Assembly: GCA_963663965.2 (NCBI GenBank)
Contig: CAXXFK010000007.1
Location: forward strand, 96,001 to 160,000
Reading direction: 5' to 3'
DNA from: Sedimentisphaerales bacterium
Lineage (GTDB): Bacteria > Planctomycetota > Phycisphaerae > Sedimentisphaerales > SM23-30
Length of the DNA stretch: 64,000 nt
Position 1 is the first letter of the stretch, and the number at the start of each line of letters is the position of its first letter. A model generated the notes under the pieces. The model did not search any database. It was given only the letters and a program-made list of their open reading frames with translations, and was not told where the DNA came from. This document shows, piece by piece, positions 10,157 to 19,235 of this stretch. The position numbers were made by a program, and so were the translations under genes.

Positions 10157-13100
10157 ATGAGTCTGATTAGTACATCTGTTAAACGCCCGGTTCTGGTCCT
10201 GGTCATTATGATCGCCCTCAGTGGCATGGGACTGTTTTGCTACAACATTCTGCCGCGCGAACTGTTTCCTGATGTTGAGTTTCCCATGGTAACCGTGATG
10301 ACGGTTTACAGTGGGGCGGGGCCTGATGAAATCGAAGAACTGATCACGAAAAAACTGGAAGAAGAGGTTAGTACGGTCGAAGGCCTGAAACATGTTTACG
10401 GCACGTCTCAGCAGGGCTTGAGTCTGATTATGGCGGAATTTAATCTGGAAACCGATGTCGATGCCGCCGCGGCCGATGTCCGCGCCAAAGTGGACCTGGT
10501 GCGGAGTGATCTGCCTGAAGCCGCCGAAGATCCAATCACGCAGAAGTTTGATTTTAATGATGAGCCCGTGGTTCAATTGGCGGTTTCGGCCAATCGTTCT
10601 TTGCGCGAAGTCTATTTCTATGCCAAAGAGCGCATCAAAGACCAGCTTTCTACCGTGCTGGATGTGGCGTCTGTTGAAATTGTTGGCGGCGAGGAACGCG
10701 AGATTCATATCCTGGCCGATCAACAGCGGCTCCGTTCCTACCACCTGAATATTTCAGATCTGATCGGGGCGGTGGCCATGGCCAATATTGAATCGCCCGG
10801 CGGCTATATTCAACAGAACCGCCGTGAGTACAATATCCGGCTGCGCGGGAAATTTGCCTCACTGGACGAAATCCGCAATCTGAGAATCAATACCGGCGTC
10901 GAAGGCGTCGCCCCCATCTATCTCAAGGATATCGCTGAGGTACGCGATTCATTCAAAGAAATCCGCGACAAGATCCGCAGTAACGGCCTGGCCTGTGTGG
11001 GTATCAATGTCCAGAAAAGGGCCGGTGGCAATACTGTAGCGGTCGATGAAGGCGTTAAAAAGAAAATTGCCGAACTGGATAAATTGCTCCCCGAAGATTT
11101 CGAAATTACCGTTCAAAACGACCAGGGCCCCTGGATTACTTCATCCATTCAGAACGTGCTCCAAAATATGTTCATTGGCGTTCTGCTCACCGGCCTGGCG
11201 CTTTACCTGTTCCTGCATACCATGCGAGGCGTGCTGGTCGTTTCGCTTTCCATGCCCATTTCGGTGATGACCACATTTATTATCATGTACATCAGCGGCT
11301 TTTCCTTGAATATGATGAGCCTGATGGGATTGGCCATGACAGTCGGCATCCTTGTGAACAACTCGATTCTCGTACTGGAAAATATTACCCGCTATGTTCA
11401 GCTGGGCCACGATCCCAAAATTGCCGCGGTCGAAGGTTCCGGCGAAATCGCCACAGCGGTGTCTTCGACCACGTTAACCAATGTGGTGGTATTTGTGCCC
11501 ATCGCTTTTATGGGTGGCATTATCGGTCAGTTTTTCAAGGACTTTGGCCTCACGGCAACTTTTGCCACCATGGTATCATTGTTTATTTCATTTACCCTGA
11601 CTCCCATGATGGCCGGCCGGTTGATCAATCCCCGGGCTATCAGTACCGAAGGCCCCGGTCTCTTTCGTTGGTTCGGCCGCAAGTTTGATGCCGGCCTGGC
11701 TGATATTACTTCGAACTATGAAAAAATTCTTCGCTTTGCGCTGCGCTTTCGCTGGTTGATTATCCTGCTTGCGTTGTCATTGTTGGTTGGCGGATTCAGC
11801 CTGACCCGGTTTATTGGCGGCGAATTTATTACCAATATGGACCAGGGTCGTATCTCAATTTTAATTGAAATGCCCACCGGTACGCGTTTGGAAGAAACCG
11901 ATGCGGCCGTTCACCAGCTCGAAGAAGTGTTGAAGCATGACGATGTCCTTGGCAATCTTTTAGTTAACACCTACAGTGGAATCGGCGCCACCTTTGGCGG
12001 CGATATGGGAGGCGCCAGCCAGGGTGTTAATATTGCTCAGATTAATGTCAAAGTTAAGGATAAGGAAGACCGCGAGCCCTTTGAAAGTGTCAAGCAGATC
12101 ATTAACCGGATTCGTCCCAAACTGGCCGAGGCCAATATCCCCGGCGCCCGTATCAAAGTGTTCGAAGAAGGTGGCGGCGGGGGGGCTGGCGCCGCGATTC
12201 AAGTAGCGTTGGTTGGTGACGATACGGATAAATTGCGGACACTGTCAGAAGAAACCATGGCCATGATGGGCCGCCTGGAAGGAACCGTCGATATCGATAG
12301 CAGCTTCCGGATCGGCCAGCCTGAAGTACGCGTGATTCCTGACCGTGAGCGATGCAAGGATTGTGGCATCACCACGTCGCAGTTGTCTCAAATCCTGGCC
12401 GCCCATTTTGAGGGCTTGATCGCCAGTGAATACCGTGAAGGCGCTTACGATTACGATATCCGGGTTCGCAGCAATGAAAGTGCCCGCGAAAATCTGATGG
12501 ATGTGCCCAACCTGACTATCATGACGCCTGCTGGTCGCAAGCCATTGCCGGAACTGGCAAAAATCGAACATAAGGTTGGGCCCGCCCAGCTCTATCGACG
12601 CGACCGGCAGAGCCAGATCACCGTGAGCTGTGATGCGACCGGCCGGACACCGGGTGATATCGTGATGGATATTGATCGGGAGATGGCAACCATTATGAAA
12701 AAATATCCCGGTTGTAATTATGTGTATATCGGTGATGTTGAGATGATGCAGGATAGTTTCGGACGATTGGGCATGGCGATGATCATGGCTACCTGTCTGA
12801 CCTATCTGCTGCTGGCGGCCCTGCTGGAATCGTTTGTGCAGGCGTTTGTGATCATTTTTGCCTTGCCGATGAGTCTTGTCGGGGTATTCGTCATGATGTT
12901 CATTATGGGCGGCACATTCTCTATCTTCTCGATTATGTCAATCATTATGTTGCTGGGCCTGGTGGTCAACAACAGTATCGTGGTGATAGATTATATCAAT
13001 GTCCTGCGCGGCAAAGGGATCAAACGGCGCGAAGCGATTGTTGAGTCCTGCACCACTCGATTGCGGCCGATTCTGATGGCGGATATTACCACCATTGTCG

Positions 13101-13327
13101 CCTTGATACCTCTGGCGCTTGGTCTGGGCTGGGGTGGCGAAATGATGGCCTCGATGGCCCAGGCCCAGATCGGCGGCCTGATGATGGACGCTTTGGGACT
13201 GATTATTTCGCCCACGGTATATAGCCTGGTGGATGATCTGGCTAACTGGGTTCGCCGGCTTATCCACGCCAAATCGACGGACCAGCTTCAATTGGAAATT
13301 CATGAAAGTCTGGAAGCCTCCAATTAA
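10157..13327 (+). CDS. RND efflux permease (AcrB/HAE1-like) with atypical proton-relay residues
   Basis: 1056 aa; KRPV start, FPDVEFP, LTPMMA, RLRPILM; TM4 reads GILVNNSILVLEN. Confidence 0.93.
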   Translation: MSLISTSVKRPVLVLVIMIALSGMGLFCYNILPRELFPDVEFPMVTVMTVYSGAGPDEIEELITKKLEEEVSTVEGLKHVYGTSQQGLSLIMAEFNLETDVDAAAADVRAKVDLVRSDLPEAAEDPITQKFDFNDEPVVQLAVSANRSLREVYFYAKERIKDQLSTVLDVASVEIVGGEEREIHILADQQRLRSYHLNISDLIGAVAMANIESPGGYIQQNRREYNIRLRGKFASLDEIRNLRINTGVEGVAPIYLKDIAEVRDSFKEIRDKIRSNGLACVGINVQKRAGGNTVAVDEGVKKKIAELDKLLPEDFEITVQNDQGPWITSSIQNVLQNMFIGVLLTGLALYLFLHTMRGVLVVSLSMPISVMTTFIIMYISGFSLNMMSLMGLAMTVGILVNNSILVLENITRYVQLGHDPKIAAVEGSGEIATAVSSTTLTNVVVFVPIAFMGGIIGQFFKDFGLTATFATMVSLFISFTLTPMMAGRLINPRAISTEGPGLFRWFGRKFDAGLADITSNYEKILRFALRFRWLIILLALSLLVGGFSLTRFIGGEFITNMDQGRISILIEMPTGTRLEETDAAVHQLEEVLKHDDVLGNLLVNTYSGIGATFGGDMGGASQGVNIAQINVKVKDKEDREPFESVKQIINRIRPKLAEANIPGARIKVFEEGGGGGAGAAIQVALVGDDTDKLRTLSEETMAMMGRLEGTVDIDSSFRIGQPEVRVIPDRERCKDCGITTSQLSQILAAHFEGLIASEYREGAYDYDIRVRSNESARENLMDVPNLTIMTPAGRKPLPELAKIEHKVGPAQLYRRDRQSQITVSCDATGRTPGDIVMDIDREMATIMKKYPGCNYVYIGDVEMMQDSFGRLGMAMIMATCLTYLLLAALLESFVQAFVIIFALPMSLVGVFVMMFIMGGTFSIFSIMSIIMLLGLVVNNSIVVIDYINVLRGKGIKRREAIVESCTTRLRPILMADITTIVALIPLALGLGWGGEMMASMAQAQIGGLMMDALGLIISPTVYSLVDDLANWVRRLIHAKSTDQLQLEIHESLEASN

Positions 13328-13345
13328 TGTGGCTATAATGCTGTA

Positions 13346-14140
13346 ATGAGCCATGAACATAATATCAATATCGAAACTCTGGCAAATTCCGACCGCTATT
13401 CCCGTCAGGTGATTTATGCCCCGATTGGCATCGAGGGCCAGCGAAAACTGATCGGCGCTCGAGTGACCCAGATCGGATGTGGGGCACTAGGGGCGCATCT
13501 GGCCGACACCATGGTGCGCAGTGGCCTGGGCACCTTGCGGCTGATCGATCCCGACCGGGTCGAAATGAGCAACTTACAGCGCCAGACATTATATGATACT
13601 GAAGACGCTCTCGCCGGTCGGCCCAAAGTGCAGGCGGCCGCCGATAAATTGAGGCGTATCAATCCCGACTGTTCGATCGAAGTATTACAGGTCTGGATAT
13701 CGCCGCAAAATATCGAAGTTTTGATTGCCGGCAGCGATCTGGTCCTTGATGCGGTTGATAATTTTCAGGTTCGCTACCTGATCAACCAGGCCTGTATCAA
13801 GCATAATATCCCATGGATTCATGGCGGATGCCTGGGGGCGGCTGGTAATGGTCTGGTAGTGGTTCCCGGTGGCAAACCCTGTTTTGCTTGTGTGCTGCCC
13901 GAACCTCCTCAGAGCACGGTTACCTGCAACGAGGTGGGCATCATTGCGCCGGCCGTTGGCGTTATCGCTGCCTGGCAGGCGACCCAGGCGATTAAATACC
14001 TGACCGAAAATCATGACAGCCTGGACCGATCCTATTTTTGTTATGATCTCTGGAACAATATGACTCGGCGACTCAATCTGGGCCGCCTTCAATCGGGATG
14101 CCAGGTTTGCACCAGACATAAATTTGATCTGTTGCCATAA
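13346..14140 (+). CDS. ThiF/MoeB/HesA family adenylyltransferase
   Basis: RYSRQ, IGCGALG, DPDRVEMSNLQRQ, CFAC and CQVC zinc pairs, TC..VG cysteine loop. Confidence 0.9.
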   Translation: MSHEHNINIETLANSDRYSRQVIYAPIGIEGQRKLIGARVTQIGCGALGAHLADTMVRSGLGTLRLIDPDRVEMSNLQRQTLYDTEDALAGRPKVQAAADKLRRINPDCSIEVLQVWISPQNIEVLIAGSDLVLDAVDNFQVRYLINQACIKHNIPWIHGGCLGAAGNGLVVVPGGKPCFACVLPEPPQSTVTCNEVGIIAPAVGVIAAWQATQAIKYLTENHDSLDRSYFCYDLWNNMTRRLNLGRLQSGCQVCTRHKFDLLP

Positions 14141-14173
14141 AAAAAGCGCGGTTTCATCCTGAATTCCGCGCTT
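14139..14173 (-). terminator. Intrinsic terminator (for the AhpD-like gene; possibly bidirectional)
   Basis: AAGCGCGG/CCGCGCTT stem with an A-run on + (U-tract on -). Confidence 0.6.
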
Positions 14174-14270
14174 CATAAACCTAAGCAGAATAACAATTAC
14201 TCAGTTGGGTGTAAGGTCTTGGTTAATAATTTTTGCGATTTATTTTTTAAGCCGGCCAGGCCGGCCTGGA

Positions 14271-14645
14271 TCATACTTTAATATCGTGGTTCAAACCGAT
14301 CGACGCATTGAATTTATTAAATGCGCTCATTACTGCTGCCACTTCAATGGCCGCGGTAATCTCATCATCGGTAACTCCGGCGCCGTGGGCGATGGCCCGA
14401 TGCGCGTCCACACAATAGCCGCATCCATTCACGGCGCTGACTGCGATACAGATCAATTCTTTCGTTTTTGTATCCAGCCCTTTGCCGGCGACTTCGGCCA
14501 GTTTTAAGATGCCTTCCAGAAAATCTCCGTTACGGCCCATGGCCTGAAATACTTCAGGTAACATACCGAAATTTTTCTCGAGATTGCTCTGGATCTGCTG
14601 GGCCTTATCGTCGCCACTCTTGTTGTAAAGCTTTACGCTTGCCAT
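14271..14645 (-). CDS. Carboxymuconolactone decarboxylase / AhpD-like alkylhydroperoxidase
   Basis: KELICIAVSAVNGCGYCVDAH (CxxC...H) AhpD core; AGGAGA RBS. Confidence 0.9.
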   Translation of the reverse strand: MASVKLYNKSGDDKAQQIQSNLEKNFGMLPEVFQAMGRNGDFLEGILKLAEVAGKGLDTKTKELICIAVSAVNGCGYCVDAHRAIAHGAGVTDDEITAAIEVAAVMSAFNKFNASIGLNHDIKV

Positions 14646-14869
14646 AATAGTCTCCTGTTAATGTTCATTTAAACAATAATACAAAATACGTGAAGAATTA
14701 TAGGCATAAACTTCACAAAAGTAAAAATATGAAAAGAAAATTGGACAAATCGGGAATTGATTCTCAAAAATAACGTTATCTCTAAGAGACCGCAATGATG
14801 ACATATGACTTTATTATATAAATACTTAGAACATGAAAGTCCGTATAGTGTCCCGAAAGGTATTCGTAA

Positions 14870-16879
14870 ATGCCGAGATTAATTCTGATTTTTAAACTAT
14901 TTATGCTGGCGGGCCTGGTTACCGGGCGATTATTCGCGGCAGAATTTATTCATCCCGGTTTGCTCCATAGTCAGGCCGATCTGGATCGAATTAAACAAAA
15001 GGTACATGCCGGCGAAGAACCCTGGAAAAGCGGCTATCAAATCTTCCAGATAGATTCCGCTTCACAAGCAAAGTATCGCATGCGCGGCCCCGCGGAAACT
15101 ATCGGGCGTGCTCCGAATGTGAATTTTGTTGAATTTGATCAGGATGCCAACGCTGCCTATCAGATCGCATTAATGTGGGCAATCACTGGCGATCGGGTTT
15201 ATGCGGTTAAATCAATGGAAATTATTGATGCCTGGAGCCGCACTCTTAAGCAGGTTACCGGCCGCGATGCCGTTCTCATGGCGGGATTGGGGCCATTCAA
15301 GATGATCAACGCGGCCGAGATCCTTCGCTATACCGATGCCTCATGGCCGGATTCATCCATTCGACAGGCGGAGCGGATGTTTTTAGAGGCGATCTATCCA
15401 ACAGTGAAGGACTTCGCTTTATTCGCCAATGGCAATTGGGATATTGCCGCCATGCAAACGGTAATGGCAATTGGCGTGTTCTGTAACGACCGGGCTATTT
15501 TCGAACGCGGCTTGCGTTATTATGTAGATGGCGCCGGTAATGGCCGGTTAACCCATTATGTTGTTAACGCAGTCGGGCAATGCCAGGAAAGCGGCCGGGA
15601 TCAACAGCACACCCAACTGGGATTAGCCATGTTGAGCGCCTGTTGTGAAATCGCCTGGCAGCAGGGATTGGATTTGTATGCTTATTCCGATTACCGCTTG
15701 CTCAATGGTTTTGAATACACCGCGCAGTATAATCTCGGCGATGATGTTCCATTTACCGACATCCTGGATCGAACCGGGAAATATCATCATACTCGGATTT
15801 CTGACCAGGGCCGTGGTCATTTGCGCGCAATTTATGAACAGGTGTATAACCACTATGTTAATCGTGCCGACCTCGATGCCCCCTGGACCCGGAAAGCGGC
15901 CGAGAAAATTCGGCCTGAAGGCCCCGGCCATCCCGGAGCGGATCATCCCGGCTTTGGAACATTGCTGTATTCCAGGTCGACACAATCAAATAATGCCGAT
16001 GGCTTCCCACAACCCCCCGCTGGTCTGGTAGGTCATGGATCCACTCAGCAGATTAAGTTAACCTGGGTCTCTTCTGTTTATGCAGATCGCTATATTATAA
16101 AGCGGGCCACACGGATTGATGGGCCGTATACTATTATTGCCGATAACATTGCCGCTCCGACTTATGTCGATTCTACTGTTGATTCAGGACAGCTATATAC
16201 CTATACAGTATGCGCGGTCAATGCTAACGGGCAAAGCCGGGATGCTTTCCCGGTCAGTGTGTGTGCCGGCTTGCCGGCTTCCTGGTCCTGTCAGGATATC
16301 GGCGAGACAACCATACCGGGCCAAAGCGCCTTTGATGGCGAACGGTTTATTCTTACCGGATCGGGCCGAATAACAGGCGCGGATGATGATCAGATGCATT
16401 TTGCCTTTCGGAGTATGACGGGCGATGGTGTCATTATGGCCCGATATATTCCTCCATTCAACTCCCAGACCACAATGATGGGCCCGGTCATGCGCGAGTC
16501 GCTGGACAGCAGTTCCGATCAGGTTGCATTGATAATCATGCCGGTCTTTGGAAGAAATGTGGAGGCGCCCGGCTGGTACGCGCGTGTTTCTGAAAGAAGT
16601 AAAACCGGCGAACAATCCCAGGCCCAACCGGGCGTCCGTCTGAATAATCCGGCGGTGAGCCATGGCCGCTTGACCGGGCCATGCTGGCTTCGCCTGGAGC
16701 GGAAAGGAAACACGTTTACTGGCTCAACCTCGTATGATGGCACAACCTGGATTTTGGCAGGCCAAACCACGGTGTCTTTGAACAATAACCTCTATGTGGG
16801 TTTGGCTGTTTGCTCCGGGCGGGATGATTTGGCTACTCAGGTCCAATTCGACCACGTTACCCTAAAGCCCGATCGGTAA
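14870..16879 (+). CDS. Secreted alginate-lyase-family protein with FN3 and C-terminal ConA-like beta-sandwich domains
   Basis: Signal peptide; FIHPGLLHSQADLDRIK, NGNWD, ESGRDQQHTQLG; FN3 (LTW...YVD...YTYTVCAVN); WLRLERKGNTFTGSTSYDG domain. Substrate not determinable. Confidence 0.8.
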   Translation: MPRLILIFKLFMLAGLVTGRLFAAEFIHPGLLHSQADLDRIKQKVHAGEEPWKSGYQIFQIDSASQAKYRMRGPAETIGRAPNVNFVEFDQDANAAYQIALMWAITGDRVYAVKSMEIIDAWSRTLKQVTGRDAVLMAGLGPFKMINAAEILRYTDASWPDSSIRQAERMFLEAIYPTVKDFALFANGNWDIAAMQTVMAIGVFCNDRAIFERGLRYYVDGAGNGRLTHYVVNAVGQCQESGRDQQHTQLGLAMLSACCEIAWQQGLDLYAYSDYRLLNGFEYTAQYNLGDDVPFTDILDRTGKYHHTRISDQGRGHLRAIYEQVYNHYVNRADLDAPWTRKAAEKIRPEGPGHPGADHPGFGTLLYSRSTQSNNADGFPQPPAGLVGHGSTQQIKLTWVSSVYADRYIIKRATRIDGPYTIIADNIAAPTYVDSTVDSGQLYTYTVCAVNANGQSRDAFPVSVCAGLPASWSCQDIGETTIPGQSAFDGERFILTGSGRITGADDDQMHFAFRSMTGDGVIMARYIPPFNSQTTMMGPVMRESLDSSSDQVALIIMPVFGRNVEAPGWYARVSERSKTGEQSQAQPGVRLNNPAVSHGRLTGPCWLRLERKGNTFTGSTSYDGTTWILAGQTTVSLNNNLYVGLAVCSGRDDLATQVQFDHVTLKPDR

Positions 16880-16912
16880 TCCCGGATAGCAAGAGTTTAA
16901 TTTGATATCAAT

Positions 16913-16945
16913 AAAAAAGCCGGACTCGTTCCTGAATCCGGCTTT
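16913..16945. terminator. Intrinsic terminator between the convergent lyase gene and aspS
   Basis: AAAGCCGGA/TCCGGCTTT stem with an A6 run. Confidence 0.7.
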
Positions 16946-16970
16946 GATTTCATAGATCAAATATTAGCGG

Positions 16971-18767
16971 CTATTTTGCCGGGCCTTTCTGGCGGATGGC
17001 GATATGCAGCTCATCCAGCTGCTTCTGTTCAACGCCCGATGGGGCTTCCGTCAGCAGGCACTGGCCCTTCTGGGTTTTCGGGAATGCGATCACATCACGG
17101 ATATTATCAGTGCCGGTCAGCAGCATTACCAGGCGATCCAGCCCCCAGGCAATACCGCCGTGCGGGGGGGCGCCATATTTCAACGCGTTCAGGAAGAAGC
17201 CAAACCGCATCTGGGCCATTTCATCGCTGATCCCCAGCAGTCGAAATACCTTTGCCTGGATCTCAGGCTGGTGGATACGAATACTGCCGCCCGCCACTTC
17301 GTTGCCGTTCAAAACAATGTCGTAGGCCTGTGAACGAATGTTGCCCGGATCGGTTTCCAGCTTGTCGATGTCTTCTGGAAACGGCGCGGTAAATGGGTGA
17401 TGCAGCGAATCCCAGCGGTTCTCATCTTTATTGAACTCAAACATCGGGAAATCCACCACCCAGACAAACTCCATCTGCTTGTCATCATAAAGCTTCAAAT
17501 CTTCGCCGAGCTTACAGCGTAATGCCGCCAGCGCTTTATTGACAGTCTCCGCCTGATCCGCCACCATTAAAATCAAATCGCCTTCTTTGGCGCCAAATCG
17601 GCTGATCAATTCCTGCCGCTGGTCGTCGGAGAAAAACTTGGCGATATTGCTGGTCAGTTCTAATCCATCACGGCCTTCAGCCTTGGTCACCTTAAACCAC
17701 GCCAGGCCACGCGCGCCATAGTTCGCCACATACTCTGTCAGTGTTTTTTCAATATCGCTGCGCGAATAACTGCCGGCGCCCGGCGCGCATAATCCTTTTA
17801 CCATACCCCCTGATGCGGTTACGCCGGTAAATACCTTAAACTCGCATTGGGCGGCGATATCGCTGATATTCTTCAGTTTCATTTCGAAACGTAAATCAGG
17901 GCGGTCAATCCCGTAATCGTCAACGGCTTCCCGATAGGACATCCGCCGCATCGGGGTTTTAACTTCCACGCCGGCAATCTCTTTGAATACCCGGGCAAAA
18001 CAGTTCTCCGTCACGCCAATCACATCATCCATATCGACAAAGCTCATTTCAATATCGATCTGAGTAAATTCGGCCTGTCGGTCCGCCCGTGGGTCTTCAT
18101 CGCGAAAACAGCGTGCTACCTGAAAATAGCGGTCCATGCCGCTGACCATCAGGACCTGTTTAAATAACTGGGGTGACTGGGGCAAGGCGTAAAATGAGCC
18201 GGCGGCCAGTCGGGAAGGCACCAGATAGTCACGCGCCCCTTCCGGAGTGCTCTTGCCCAGGACCGGTGTTTCAATTTCATAAAAACCGTTCTCCTGGTGA
18301 TACTGGCGAATGATCCGTGTCGCCTTATTGCGTACCCGCATGATGTTCTGCATGCGTTCGGACCGCAGGTCGATATAGCGGTACTTCAACCGCAGCTCTT
18401 CATTGACCTTCTGGTTCGTGTCGACCTCAAACGGTGGAGTTTCTGCTTTGTTGTGGACTTCAATCTCAAAGATATCTACCTCAATATCTCCGGTTGCCAG
18501 CTTCGGATTCGCCATCCCCTCAGCGCGGGCAATAACCTTGCCCTTGCCGCTGATAACCCATTCACTGCGGAGATCCCGGGCAATTTTATGGGCCTCAGGA
18601 TTAATTTCCGGATCAAAAACCAGTTGGGTCAATCCTGCCCGGTCGCGCAGGTCGATAAACACCAGGCCGCCATGGTCACGATATGACTTGACCCAGCCTG
18701 AAAGGATGACTTCCTGCCCGATATGTTCAGCACGCAATTCGCCACACGTATGAGTTCGCTTAAGCAT
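16971..18767 (-). CDS. aspS: Aspartate--tRNA ligase
   Basis: [63 protein letters not shown]. Confidence 0.98.
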   Translation of the reverse strand: MLKRTHTCGELRAEHIGQEVILSGWVKSYRDHGGLVFIDLRDRAGLTQLVFDPEINPEAHKIARDLRSEWVISGKGKVIARAEGMANPKLATGDIEVDIFEIEVHNKAETPPFEVDTNQKVNEELRLKYRYIDLRSERMQNIMRVRNKATRIIRQYHQENGFYEIETPVLGKSTPEGARDYLVPSRLAAGSFYALPQSPQLFKQVLMVSGMDRYFQVARCFRDEDPRADRQAEFTQIDIEMSFVDMDDVIGVTENCFARVFKEIAGVEVKTPMRRMSYREAVDDYGIDRPDLRFEMKLKNISDIAAQCEFKVFTGVTASGGMVKGLCAPGAGSYSRSDIEKTLTEYVANYGARGLAWFKVTKAEGRDGLELTSNIAKFFSDDQRQELISRFGAKEGDLILMVADQAETVNKALAALRCKLGEDLKLYDDKQMEFVWVVDFPMFEFNKDENRWDSLHHPFTAPFPEDIDKLETDPGNIRSQAYDIVLNGNEVAGGSIRIHQPEIQAKVFRLLGISDEMAQMRFGFFLNALKYGAPPHGGIAWGLDRLVMLLTGTDNIRDVIAFPKTQKGQCLLTEAPSGVEQKQLDELHIAIRQKGPAK

Positions 18768-19235
18768 GATAACTCTTTCATATATAAATGGTTGTCACAG
18801 TTACCGGTTTCTAGCCGGTACGGTCTGGAATTGTATGGAACCCAGTTTAGTCTGGATAATGCCATAAAGAATTACCATTATAATCACCAACTTATTAATA
18901 GTCAATGGCATAGCCATCTATTGAACCGTACAGCCCCCGGCATTCTCGTTGAATCCGATCATTTTAAATCATAAATATAAGGGCGGCCCAGCGGGTAGTT
19001 TTGGCACGGAATTGTTACTGGGGCCTATAATCCATTGCAATACATGACTGGATAAGCTTTAATGACTTTACCAGCGTTTAGCTTTAGATAAAAATCTTGA
19101 AAACCCGGAAAAACTGTTACAGCTTAGCAAGTTATAAGCCGAAAATTATTTTGCTGATACTTATATTTAGTATTGTTTGAGCTTAATCTGTTTATCGGAC
19201 ATTGTGCTGTTTCAAAAAGTAGAAAAGGTTGAATC

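Noticed and set aside
9890..10744. 284-aa antisense ORF
   Set aside because: Shadow frame of the MFP/RND genes, with no independent motif
19001..19017. TTGGCACGGAATTGTTA, sigma54-like
   Set aside because: Spacing is one base short and the -12 GC is missing
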